This document shows positions 1 to 13,500 of a stretch of DNA of 42,415 nt, in pieces. This DNA comes from Hydrurus foetidus (lineage: Eukaryota). Where the stretch lies: the NCBI GenBank assembly GCA_900617105.1, contig UYFQ01000817.1, positions 1-42,415 of the forward strand, written 5' to 3'. The translations under genes were made by a program, and so were the position numbers. Each line of letters begins with the position of its first letter. Positions within the stretch are counted from its first letter, which is position 1. The notes under the pieces were generated by a model. That model saw only the letters and a list, made by a program, of their open reading frames with translations, made no database searches and was not told the origin of the DNA.

Positions 1-568
1 TGCTTGAGAGGGCACTGGAGGCACCTCCACTTTTGGTAACCACCATCCACAATAAGGTAGAGCCCTTTCTCTTTAACTGTCGTGCCATCATTTTTCTTTG
101 AGTCAAATTCTACATCGCAGTAGAGACGCTCATCATGAATCGCTGTAACAAATCCATCGAACTTGGTAGTCGTTTTGTCATTTCAACACCCAGGATGACC
201 AATGGTCGCTGCTATAGTCTTTTTCCGATGGTCGACCGAAACCTCATAGGAGAGAGTCGCATACCCCCCTCCTTGCCCTTGTGGTTGGACCTCTGGTTAG
301 CATGATATCTCTCCCACCGAATATGTACGCAATCAGTACTGCCTATGCATCCTGGTAAGCCCAACCTTCCATATATTTCCAGGCAATTAGCAATTCCTTC
401 AGGAGTTGAAGGGGGATTGAAATATCTTGCAAAGTTCTCTCTCGCAAAGTACTCACAGAACTTCTCGAAGAACAATCTGTAATACCTCATCACTCATGCA
501 TGTCAACTCCTCCACTCCGTCAAAGCAGTCAGCCTCTTCGGAAGCACACGTAGAACCGATAAAATCTT
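1..568 (-). mobile_element. Degenerate PIF/Harbinger-like (Plant_tran / DDE_Tnp_4-type) transposase remnant, running off the left edge
   Basis: Minus-strand translation across frameshifts gives DCFDGVEELTCMSDE, FFEKFCEYF, YGRLGLPGCIGSTDCVHIRWER, GKEG, IGHPGC*NDKTTTKFD and GLYLIVDGGYQKWRCLQCPLK. These match the GCIGSxDC, GxxND and YLxxDGxY motifs of this family. It has an in-frame TGA (~183-185) and frameshifts, and is cut off at ~568 by the tandem array. Confidence 0.85.
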
Positions 569-736
569 CAGTTGGTGCGGGCAAGTCGTCGTATAGGACT
601 CTCATGCTGAATCACCTCCAGCCACAAGTCTCGCTTTCAGTTTCTCAACTTTCCGCTTGGAGGAATTTTCCTTGAGAAACATACTCGATCTTATAATACG
701 TATTTTTCGGGAAAAAACTGTATCGGTTCATCCTTA

Positions 737-1015
737 TGTTGGAAATCTGGGCGATTTACACGGAATTTCTTCCGAGTTCCCAAACGATCCCTGCACTTCC
801 GACTGCTAGCAACGCTTGCTCAAAAGAGAAGACAACGTTCTATTCGGTAAGTTGGATTAAACGACAGTGACATGCTGTCGATTACATCTAGGTAGCATAA
901 CATGAGTGCGAGGGTTGCGGTTAATGCTATCGCTGAATGTACGTACACCCGTGCCTGAAAACAATCATGCATCACACAGGGTACAAGATCCTAGTCTAAT
1001 CCGGACATCCCAACA
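737..1015 (-). mobile_element. 279-bp LTR-like segment (first of 26; last at 20535-20813)
   Basis: On the minus strand it starts TGTTGGGA and ends TTCCAACA (TG...CA ends, 7/8 inverted-repeat match). It is immediately preceded by a G7 run, the canonical PPT/LTR junction. Confidence 0.75.
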
Positions 1016-1022
1016 CCCCCCC
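1016..1022 (-). other. Polypurine tract (G7) abutting the LTR; present in 19 of 26 junctions (G6 in two) and truncated by a 10-bp deletion in 7
   Basis: The minus strand reads ...CATCAT GGGGGGG|TGTTGGGATG... Confidence 0.65.
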
Positions 1023-1223
1023 ATGATGTTTATTGTTTGAATAAGTGAATATGTTAACTAGCATATGCTTGTATAGTACACTTATTGGTTATTGTTCATT
1101 ATCTTTCACACATTACTCAGGTAGGGAACTTAGTGTTAGGGTATGGTAAACAGTAAATTTTATTAAAAATATTTTTCACGGATTTTTTTTATATTGACAA
1201 GTTGCATCGTGATATGGTGTAAA

Positions 1224-1500
1224 CATCATCCCTGTCATGTTCTTATCTAATCTCATGTCCATGTCGGCGTTGAGGTATGCTCCACTGATGTCGATAGCTG
1301 TCACCTTACGATCTTCGGATGCTGCGATACCCAACAGGGTGAATACAGAGCTAGTTCCTACAGTTGGTGCGGGCAAGTCGTCGTATAGAGTCTTGTGCTG
1401 CTGATCACCTCCAGCGACAAGTCTCGCTTTCAGTTTCTCAAATTTTCCGCTTGCAAGGAATTTTCCTTGAGAAACATACTCGATCTTATAATACGTATTT
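1224..1500 (-). pseudogene. Ty1/copia reverse transcriptase (RVT_2) N-terminal fragment; representative of 25 copies
   Basis: Reads IIRSSMFLKE, then a 1-nt frameshift, then FLASGKFEKLKARLVAGGDQQxKTLYDDLPAPTVGTSSVFTLLxIAASEDRKVTAIDISGAYLNADM. These are the copia KARLVA and DIxxAYL motifs. No YVDD motif, RNase H, integrase or gag is present. Confidence 0.9.
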
Positions 1501-4500
1501 TTCGGGAAAAAACTGTATCGGTTCATCCTTATGTTGGAAATCTGGGCGATTTACACGGAATTTCTTCCGAGTTCCCAAACGATCCCTGCACTTCCGACTG
1601 CTAGCAACGCTTGCTCAAAAGAGAAGACAACGTTCTATTCGGTAAGTTGGATTAAACGACAGTGACATGCTGTCGATTACATCTAGGTAGCATAACATGA
1701 GTGCGAGGGTTGCGGTTAATGCTATCGCTGAATGTACGTACACCCGTGCCTGAAAACAATCATGCATCACACAGGGTACAAGATCCTAGTCTAATCCGGA
1801 CATCCCAACACCCCCCCATGATGTTTATTGTTTGAATAAGTGAATATGTTAACTAGCATATGCTTGTATAGTACACTTATTGGTTATTGTTCATTATCTT
1901 TCACACATTACTCAGGTAGGGAACTTAGTGTTAGGGTATGGTAAACAGTAAATTTTATTAAAAATATTTTTCACGGATTTTTTATATTGACAAGTTGCAT
2001 CGTGATATGGTGTAAACATCATCCCTGTCATGTTCTTATCTAATCTCATGTCCATGTCGGCGTTGAGGTATGCTCCACTGATGTCGATAGCTGTCACCTT
2101 ACGATCTTCGGATGCTGCGATACTCAACAGGGTGAATACAGAGCTAGTTCCTACAGTTGGTGCGGGCAAGTCGTCGTATAGAGTCTTGTGCTGCTGATCA
2201 CCTCCAGCCACAAGTCTCGCTTTCAGTTTCTCAAATTTTCCGCTTGCAAGGAATTTTCCTTGAGAAACATACTCGATCTTATAATACGTATTTTTCGGGG
2301 AAAAACTGTATCGGTTCATCCTTATGTTGGAAATCTGGGCGATTTACACGGAATTTCTTCCGAGTTCCCAAACGATCCCTGCACTTCCGACTGCTAGCAA
2401 CGCTTGCTCAAAAGAGAAGACAACGTTCTATTCGGTAAGTTGGATTAAACGACAGTGACATGCTGTCGATTACATCTAGGTAGCATAACATGAGTGCGAG
2501 GGTTGCGGTTAATGCTATCGCTGAATGTACGTACACCCGTGCCTGAAAACAATCATGCATCACACAGGGTACAAGATCCTAGTCTAATCCGGACATCCCA
2601 ACACCCCCCCATGATGTTTATTGTTTGAATAAGTGAATATGTTAACTAGCATATGCTTGTATAGTACACTTATTGGTTATTGTTCATTATCTTTCACACA
2701 TTACTCAGGTAGGGAACTTAGTGTTAGGGTATGGTAAACAGTAAATTTTATTAAAAATATTTTTCACGGATTTTTTTTATATTGACAAGTTGCATCGTGA
2801 TATGGTGTAAACATCATCCCTGTCATGTTCTTATCTAATCTCATGTCCATGTCGGCGTTGAGGTATGCTCCACTGATGTCGATAGCTGTCACCTTACGAT
2901 CTTCGGATGCTGCGATACTCAACAGGGTGAATACAGAGCTAGTTCCTACAGTTGGTGCGGGCAAGTCGTCGTATAGAGTCTTGTCCTGCTGATCACCTCC
3001 AGCCACAAGTCTCGCTTTCAGTTTCTCAAATTTTCCGCTTGCAAGGAATTTTCCTTGAGAAACATACTCGATCTTATAATACGTATTTTTCGGGAAAAAC
3101 TGTATCGGTTCATCCTTATGTTGGAAATCTGGGCGATTTACACGGAATTTCTTCCGAGTTCCCAAACGATCCCTGCACTTCCGACTGCTAGCAACGCTTG
3201 CTCAAAAGAGAAGACAACGTTCTATTCGGTAAGTTGGATTAAACGACAGTGACATGCTGTCGATTACATCTAGGTAGCATAACATGAGTGCGAGGGTTGC
3301 GGTTAATGCTATCGCTGAATGTACGTACACCCGTGCCTGAAAACAATCATGCATCACACAGGGTACAAGATCCTAGTCTAATCCGGACATCCCCATGATG
3401 TTTATTGTTTGAATAAGTGAATATGTTAACTAGCATATGCTTGTATAGTACACTTATTGGTTATTGTTCATTATCTTTCACACATTACTCAGGTAGGGAA
3501 CTTAGTGTTAGGGTATGGTAAACAGTAAATTTTATTAAAAATATTTTTCACGGATTTTTTTTATATTGACAAGTTGCATCGTGATATGGTGTAAACATCA
3601 TCCCTGTCATGTTCTTATCTAATCTCATGTCCATGTCGGCGTTGAGGTATGCTCCACTGATGTCGATAGCTGTCACCTTACGATCTTCGGATGCTGCGAT
3701 ACTCAACAGGGTGAATACAGAGCTAGTTCCTACAGTTGGTGCGGGCAAGTCGTCGTATAGAGTCTTGTGCTGCTGATCACCTCCAGCCACAAGTCTCGCT
3801 TTCAGTTTCTCAAATTTTCCGCTTGCAAGGAATTTTCCTTGAGAAACATACTCGATCTTATAATACGTATTTTTCGGGAAAAAACTGTATCGGTTCATCC
3901 TTATGTTGGAAATCTGGGCGATTTACACGGAATTTCTTCCGAGTTCCCAAACGATCCCTGCACTTCCGACTGCTAGCAACGCTTGCTCAAAAGAGAAGAC
4001 AACGTTCTATTCGGTAAGTTGGATTAAACGACAGTGACATGCTGTCGATTACATCTAGGTAGCATAACATGAGTGCGAGGGTTGCGGTTAATGCTATCGC
4101 TGAATGTACGTACACCCGTGCCTGAAAACAATCATGCATCACACAGGGTACAAGATCCTAGTCTAATCCGGACATCCCAACACCCCCCCATGATGTTTAT
4201 TGTTTGAATAAGTGAATATGTTAACTAGCATATGCTTGTATAGTACACTTATTGGTTATTGTTCATTATCTTTCACACATTACTCAGGTAGGGAACTTAG
4301 TGTTAGGGTATGGTAAACAGTAAATTTTATTAAAAATATTTTTCACGGATTTTTTTTATATTGACAAGTTGCATCGTGATATGGTGTAAACATCATCCCT
4401 GTCATGTTCTTATCTAATCTCATGTCCATGTCGGCGTTGAGGTATGCTCCACTGATGTCGATAGCTGTCACCTTACGATCTTCGGATGCTGCGATACTCA

Positions 4501-7500
4501 ACAGGGTGAATACAGAGCTAGTTCCTACAGTTGGTGCGGGCAAGTCGTCGTATAGAGTCTTGTGCTGCTGATCACCTCCAGCGACAAGTCTCGCTTTCAG
4601 TTTCTCAAATTTTCCGCTTGCAAGGAATTTTCCTTGAGAAACATACTCGATCTTATAATACGTATTTTTCGGGAAAAAACTGTATCGGTTCATCCTTATG
4701 TTGGAAATCTGGGCGATTTACACGGAATTTCTTCCGAGTTCCCAAACGATCCCTGCACTTCCGACTGCTAGCAACGCTTGCTCAAAAGAGAAGACAACGT
4801 TCTATTCGGTAAGTTGGATTAAACGACAGTGACATGCTGTCGATTACATCTAGGTAGCATAACATGAGTGCGAGGGTTGCGGTTAATGCTATCGCTGAAT
4901 GTACGTACACCCGTGCCTGAAAACAATCATGCATCACACAGGGTACAAGATCCTAGTCTAATCCGGACATCCCAACACCCCCCCATGATGTTTATTGTTT
5001 GAATAAGTGAATATGTTAACTAGCATATGCTTGTATAGTACACTTATTGGTTATTGTTCATTATCTTTCACACATTACTCAGGTAGGGAACTTAGTGTTA
5101 GGGTATGGTAAACAGTAAATTTTATTAAAAATATTTTTCACGGAATTTTTTTATATTGACAAGTTGCATCGTGATATGGTGTAAACATCATCCCTGTCAT
5201 GTTCTTATCTAATCTCATGTCCATGTCGGCGTTGAGGTATGCTCCACTGATGTCGATAGCTGTCACCTTACGATCTTCGGATGCTGCGATACTCAACAGG
5301 GTGAATACAGAGCTAGTTCCTACAGTTGGTGCGGGCAAGTCGTCGTATAGAGTCTTGTGCTGCTGATCACCTCCAGCCACAAGTCTCGCTTTCAGTTTCT
5401 CAAATTTTCCGCTTGCAAGGAATTTTCCTTGAGAAACATACTCGATCTTATAATACGTATTTTTCGGGAAAAAACTGTATCGGTTCATCCTTATGTTGGA
5501 AATCTGGGCGATTTACACGGAATTTCTTCCGAGTTCCCAAACGATCCCTGCACTTCCGACTGCTAGCAACGCTTGCTCAAAAGAGAAGACAACGTTCTAT
5601 TCGGTAAGTTGGATTAAACGACAGTGACATGCTGTCGATTACATCTAGGTAGCATAACATGAGTGCGAGGGTTGCGGTTAATGCTATCGCTGAATGTACG
5701 TACACCCGTGCCTGAAAACAATCATGCATCACACAGGGTACAAGATCCTAGTCTAATCCGGACATCCCAACACCCCCCCATGATGTTTATTGTTTGAATA
5801 AGTGAATATGTTAACTAGCATATGCTTGTATAGTACACTTATTGGTTATTGTTCATTATCTTTCACACATTACTCAGGTAGGGAACTTAGTGTTAGGGTA
5901 TGGTAAACAGTAAATTTTATTAAAAATATTTTTCACGGATTTTTTTTATATTGACAAGTTGCATCGTGATATGGTGTAAACATCATCCCTGTCATGTTCT
6001 TATCTAATCTCATGTCCATGTCGGCGTTGAGGTATGCTCCACTGATGTCGATAGCTGTCACCTTACGATCTTCGGATGCTGCGATACTCAACAGGGTGAA
6101 TACAGAGCTAGTTCCTACAGTTGGTGCGGGCAAGTCGTCGTATAGAGTCTTGTGCTGCTGATCACCTCCAGCCACAAGTCTCGCTTTCAGTTTCTCAAAT
6201 TTTCCGCTTGCAAGGAATTTTCCTTGAGAAACATACTCGATCTTATAATACGTATTTTTCGGGAAAAACTGTATCGGTTCATCCTTATGTTGGAAATCTG
6301 GGCGATTTACACGGAATTTCTTCCGAGTTCCCAAACGATCCCTGCACTTCCGACTGCTAGCAACGCTTGCTCAAAAGAGAAGACAACGTTCTATTCGGTA
6401 AGTTGGATTAAACGACAGTGACATGCTGTCGATTACATCTAGGTAGCATAACATGAGTGCGAGGGTTGCGGTTAATGCTATCGCTGAATGTACGTACACC
6501 CGTGCCTGAAAACAATCATGCATCACACAGGGTACAAGATCCTAGTCTAATCCGGACATCCCAACACCCCCCCATGATGTTTATTGTTTGAATAAGTGAA
6601 TATGTTAACTAGCATATGCTTGTATAGTACACTTATTGGTTATTGTTCATTATCTTTCACACATTACTCAGGTAGGGAACTTAGTGTTAGGGTATGGTAA
6701 ACAGTAAATTTTATTAAAAATATTTTTCACGGATTTTTTTTATATTGACAAGTTGCATCGTGATATGGTGTAAACATCATCCCTGTCATGTTCTTATCTA
6801 ATCTCATGTCCATGTCGGCGTTGAGGTATGCTCCACTGATGTCGATAGCTGTCACCTTACGATCTTCGGATGCTGCGATACTCAACAGGGTGAATACAGA
6901 GCTAGTTCCTACAGTTGGTGCGGGCAAGTCGTCGTATAGAGTCTTGTCCTGCTGATCACCTCCAGCCACAAGTCTCGCTTTCAGTTTCTCAAATTTTCCG
7001 CTTGCAAGGAATTTTCCTTGAGAAACATACTCGATCTTATAATACGTATTTTTCGGGAAAAAACTGTATCGGTTCATCCTTATGTTGGAAATCTGGGCGA
7101 TTTACACGGAATTTCTTCCGAGTTCCCAAACGATCCCTGCACTTCCGACTGCTAGCAACGCTTGCTCAAAAGAGAAGACAACGTTCTATTCGGTAAGTTG
7201 GATTAAACGACAGTGACATGCTGTCGATTACATCTAGGTAGCATAACATGAGTGCGAGGGTTGCGGTTAATGCTATCGCTGAATGTACGTACACCCGTGC
7301 CTGAAAACAATCATGCATCACACAGGGTACAAGATCCTAGTCTAATCCGGACATCCCAACACCCCCCCATGATGTTTATTGTTTGAATAAGTGAATATGT
7401 TAACTAGCATATGCTTGTATAGTACACTTATTGGTTATTGTTCATTATCTTTCACACATTACTCAGGTAGGGAACTTAGTGTTAGGGTATGGTAAACAGT

Positions 7501-10500
7501 AAATTTTATTAAAAATATTTTTCACGGATTTTTTTTATATTGACAAGTTGCATCGTGATATGGTGTAAACATCATCCCTGTCATGTTCTTATCTAATCTC
7601 ATGTCCATGTCGGCGTTGAGGTATGCTCCACTGATGTCGATAGCTGTCACCTTACGATCTTCGGATGCTGCGATACTCAACAGGGTGAATACAGAGCTAG
7701 TTCCTACAGTTGGTGCGGGCAAGTCGTCGTATAGAGTCTTGTCCTGCTGATCACCTCCAGCCACAAGTCTCGCTTTCAGTTTCTCAAATTTTCCGCTTGC
7801 AAGGAATTTTCCTTGAGAAACATACTCGATCTTATAATACGTATTTTTCGGGAAAAACTGTATCGGTTCATCCTTATGTTGGAAATCTGGGCGATTTACA
7901 CGGAATTTCTTCCGAGTTCCCAAACGATCCCTGCACTTCCGACTGCTAGCAACGCTTGCTCAAAAGAGAAGACAACGTTCTATTCGGTAAGTTGGATTAA
8001 ACGACAGTGACATGCTGTCGATTACATCTAGGTAGCATAACATGAGTGCGAGGGTTGCGGTTAATGCTATCGCTGAATGTACGTACACCCGTGCCTGAAA
8101 ACAATCATGCATCACACAGGGTACAAGATCCTAGTCTAATCCGGACATCCCCATGATGTTTATTGTTTGAATAAGTGAATATGTTAACTAGCATATGCTT
8201 GTATAGTACACTTATTGGTTATTGTTCATTATCTTTCACACATTACTCAGGTAGGGAACTTAGTGTTAGGGTATGGTAAACAGTAAATTTTATTAAAAAT
8301 ATTTTTCACGGATTTTTTTTATATTGACAAGTTGCATCGTGATATGGTGTAAACATCATCCCTGTCATGTTCTTATCTAATCTCATGTCCATGTCGGCGT
8401 TGAGGTATGCTCCACTGATGTCGATAGCTGTCACCTTACGATCTTCGGATGCTGCGATACTCAACAGGGTGAATACAGAGCTAGTTCCTACAGTTGGTGC
8501 GGGCAAGTCGTCGTATAGAGTCTTGTCCTGCTGATCACCTCCAGCCACAAGTCTCGCTTTCAGTTTCTCAAATTTTCCGCTTGCAAGGAATTTTCCTTGA
8601 GAAACATACTCGATCTTATAATACGTATTTTTCGGGAAAAAACTGTATCGGTTCATCCTTATGTTGGAAATCTGGGCGATTTACACGGAATTTCTTCCGA
8701 GTTCCCAAACGATCCCTGCACTTCCGACTGCTAGCAACGCTTGCTCAAAAGAGAAGACAACGTTCTATTCGGTAAGTTGGATTAAACGACAGTGACATGC
8801 TGTCGATTACATCTAGGTAGCATAACATGAGTGCGAGGGTTGCGGTTAATGCTATCGCTGAATGTACGTACACCCGTGCCTGAAAACAATCATGCATCAC
8901 ACAGGGTACAAGATCCTAGTCTAATCCGGACATCCCCATGATGTTTATTGTTTGAATAAGTGAATATGTTAACTAGCATATGCTTGTATAGTACACTTAT
9001 TGGTTATTGTTCATTATCTTTCACACATTACTCAGGTAGGGAACTTAGTGTTAGGGTATGGTAAACAGTAAATTTTATTAAAAATATTTTTCACGGATTT
9101 TTTTTATATTGACAAGTTGCATCGTGATATGGTGTAAACATCATCCCTGTCATGTTCTTATCTAATCTCATGTCCATGTCGGCGTTGAGGTATGCTCCAC
9201 TGATGTCGATAGCTGTCACCTTACGATCTTCGGATGCTGCGATACTCAACAGGGTGAATACAGAGCTAGTTCCTACAGTTGGTGCGGGCAAGTCGTCGTA
9301 TAGAGTCTTGTCCTGCTGATCACCTCCAGCCACAAGTCTCGCTTTCAGTTTCTCAAATTTTCCGCTTGCAAGGAATTTTCCTTGAGAAACATACTCGATC
9401 TTATAATACGTATTTTTCGGGAAAAAACTGTATCGGTTCATCCTTATGTTGGAAATCTGGGCGATTTACACGGAATTTCTTCCGAGTTCCCAAACGATCC
9501 CTGCACTTCCGACTGCTAGCAACGCTTGCTCAAAAGAGAAGACAACGTTCTATTCGGTAAGTTGGATTAAACGACAGTGACATGCTGTCGATTACATCTA
9601 GGTAGCATAACATGAGTGCGAGGGTTGCGGTTAATGCTATCGCTGAATGTACGTACACCCGTGCCTGAAAACAATCATGCATCACACAGGGTACAAGATC
9701 CTAGTCTAATCCGGACATCCCAACACCCCCCCATGATGTTTATTGTTTGAATAAGTGAATATGTTAACTAGCATATGCTTGTATAGTACACTTATTGGTT
9801 ATTGTTCATTATCTTTCACACATTACTCAGGTAGGGAACTTAGTGTTAGGGTATGGTAAACAGTAAATTTTATTAAAAATATTTTTCACGGATTTTTTTT
9901 ATATTGACAAGTTGCATCGTGATATGGTGTAAACATCATCCCTGTCATGTTCTTATCTAATCTCATGTCCATGTCGGCGTTGAGGTATGCTCCACTGATG
10001 TCGATAGCTGTCACCTTACGATCTTCGGATGCTGCGATACTCAACAGGGTGAATACAGAGCTAGTTCCTACAGTTGGTGCGGGCAAGTCGTCGTATAGAG
10101 TCTTGTCCTGCTGATCACCTCCAGCCACAAGTCTCGCTTTCAGTTTCTCAAATTTTCCGCTTGCAAGGAATTTTCCTTGAGAAACATACTCGATCTTATA
10201 ATACGTATTTTTCGGGAAAAAACTGTATCGGTTCATCCTTATGTTGGAAATCTGGGCGATTTACACGGAATTTCTTCCGAGTTCCCAAACGATCCCTGCA
10301 CTTCCGACTGCTAGCAACGCTTGCTCAAAAGAGAAGACAACGTTCTATTCGGTAAGTTGGATTAAACGACAGTGACATGCTGTCGATTACATCTAGGTAG
10401 CATAACATGAGTGCGAGGGTTGCGGTTAATGCTATCGCTGAATGTACGTACACCCGTGCCTGAAAACAATCATGCATCACACAGGGTACAAGATCCTAGT

Positions 10501-13500
10501 CTAATCCGGACATCCCAACACCCCCCCATGATGTTTATTGTTTGAATAAGTGAATATGTTAACTAGCATATGCTTGTATAGTACACTTATTGGTTATTGT
10601 TCATTATCTTTCACACATTACTCAGGTAGGGAACTTAGTGTTAGGGTATGGTAAACAGTAAATTTTATTAAAAATATTTTTCACGGATTTTTTTTATATT
10701 GACAAGTTGCATCGTGATATGGTGTAAACATCATCCCTGTCATGTTCTTATCTAATCTCATGTCCATGTCGGCGTTGAGGTATGCTCCACTGATGTCGAT
10801 AGCTGTCACCTTACGATCTTCGGATGCTGCGATACTCAACAGGGTGAATACAGAGCTAGTTCCTACAGTTGGTGCGGGCAAGTCGTCGTATAGAGTCTTG
10901 TCCTGCTGATCACCTCCAGCCACAAGTCTCGCTTTCAGTTTCTCAAATTTTCCGCTTGCAAGGAATTTTCCTTGAGAAACATACTCGATCTTATAATACG
11001 TATTTTTCGGGAAAAAACTGTATCGGTTCATCCTTATGTTGGAAATCTGGGCGATTTACACGGAATTTCTTCCGAGTTCCCAAACGATCCCTGCACTTCC
11101 GACTGCTAGCAACGCTTGCTCAAAAGAGAAGACAACGTTCTATTCGGTAAGTTGGATTAAACGACAGTGACATGCTGTCGATTACATCTAGGTAGCATAA
11201 CATGAGTGCGAGGGTTGCGGTTAATGCTATCGCTGAATGTACGTACACCCGTGCCTGAAAACAATCATGCATCACACAGGGTACAAGATCCTAGTCTAAT
11301 CCGGACATCCCAACACCCCCCATGATGTTTATTGTTTGAATAAGTGAATATGTTAACTAGCATATGCTTGTATAGTACACTTATTGGTTATTGTTCATTA
11401 TCTTTCACACATTACTCAGGTAGGGAACTTAGTGTTAGGGTATGGTAAACAGTAAATTTTATTAAAAATATTTTTCACGGATTTTTTTTATATTGACAAG
11501 TTGCATCGTGATATGGTGTAAACATCATCCCTGTCATGTTCTTATCTAATCTCATGTCCATGTCGGCGTTGAGGTATGCTCCACTGATGTCGATAGCTGT
11601 CACCTTACGATCTTCGGATGCTGCGATACTCAACAGGGTGAATACAGAGCTAGTTCCTACAGTTGGTGCGGGCAAGTCGTCGTATAGAGTCTTGTCCTGC
11701 TGATCACCTCCAGCCACAAGTCTCGCTTTCAGTTTCTCAAATTTTCCGCTTGCAAGGAATTTTCCTTGAGAAACATACTCGATCTTATAATACGTATTTT
11801 TCGGGAAAAAACTGTATCGGTTCATCCTTATGTTGGAAATCTGGGCGATTTACACGGAATTTCTTCCGAGTTCCCAAACGATCCCTGCACTTCCGACTGC
11901 TAGCAACGCTTGCTCAAAAGAGAAGACAACGTTCTATTCGGTAAGTTGGATTAAACGACAGTGACATGCTGTCGATTACATCTAGGTAGCATAACATGAG
12001 TGCGAGGGTTGCGGTTAATGCTATCGCTGAATGTACGTACACCCGTGCCTGAAAACAATCATGCATCACACAGGGTACAAGATCCTAGTCTAATCCGGAC
12101 ATCCCAACACCCCCCCATGATGTTTATTGTTTGAATAAGTGAATATGTTAACTAGCATATGCTTGTATAGTACACTTATTGGTTATTGTTCATTATCTTT
12201 CACACATTACTCAGGTAGGGAACTTAGTGTTAGGGTATGGTAAACAGTAAATTTTATTAAAAATATTTTTCACGGATTTTTTTTATATTGACAAGTTGCA
12301 TCGTGATATGGTGTAAACATCATCCCTGTCATGTTCTTATCTAATCTCATGTCCATGTCGGCGTTGAGGTATGCTCCACTGATGTCGATAGCTGTCACCT
12401 TACGATCTTCGGATGCTGCGATACTCAACAGGGTGAATACAGAGCTAGTTCCTACAGTTGGTGCGGGCAAGTCGTCGTATAGAGTCTTGTCCTGCTGATC
12501 ACCTCCAGCCACAAGTCTCGCTTTCAGTTTCTCAAATTTTCCGCTTGCAAGGAATTTTCCTTGAGAAACATACTCGATCTTATAATACGTATTTTTCGGG
12601 AAAAAACTGTATCGGTTCATCCTTATGTTGGAAATCTGGGCGATTTACACGGAATTTCTTCCGAGTTCCCAAACGATCCCTGCACTTCCGACTGCTAGCA
12701 ACGCTTGCTCAAAAGAGAAGACAACGTTCTATTCGGTAAGTTGGATTAAACGACAGTGACATGCTGTCGATTACATCTAGGTAGCATAACATGAGTGCGA
12801 GGGTTGCGGTTAATGCTATCGCTGAATGTACGTACACCCGTGCCTGAAAACAATCATGCATCACACAGGGTACAAGATCCTAGTCTAATCCGGACATCCC
12901 AACACCCCCCCATGATGTTTATTGTTTGAATAAGTGAATATGTTAACTAGCATATGCTTGTATAGTACACTTATTGGTTATTGTTCATTATCTTTCACAC
13001 ATTACTCAGGTAGGGAACTTAGTGTTAGGGTATGGTAAACAGTAAATTTTATTAAAAATATTTTTCACGGATTTTTTTTATATTGACAAGTTGCATCGTG
13101 ATATGGTGTAAACATCATCCCTGTCATGTTCTTATCTAATCTCATGTCCATGTCGGCGTTGAGGTATGCTCCACTGATGTCGATAGCTGTCACCTTACGA
13201 TCTTCGGATGCTGCGATACTCAACAGGGTGAATACAGAGCTAGTTCCTACAGTTGGTGCGGGCAAGTCGTCGTATAGAGTCTTGTCCTGCTGATCACCTC
13301 CAGCCACAAGTCTCGCTTTCAGTTTCTCAAATTTTCCGCTTGCAAGGAATTTTCCTTGAGAAACATACTCGATCTTATAATACGTATTTTTCGGGAAAAA
13401 ACTGTATCGGTTCATCCTTATGTTGGAAATCTGGGCGATTTACACGGAATTTCTTCCGAGTTCCCAAACGATCCCTGCACTTCCGACTGCTAGCAACGCT

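Noticed and set aside
1119..1147. Telomere-like TTAGGG words in the array unit
   Set aside because: Only one exact TTAGGG per unit, with no tandem telomeric repeat.
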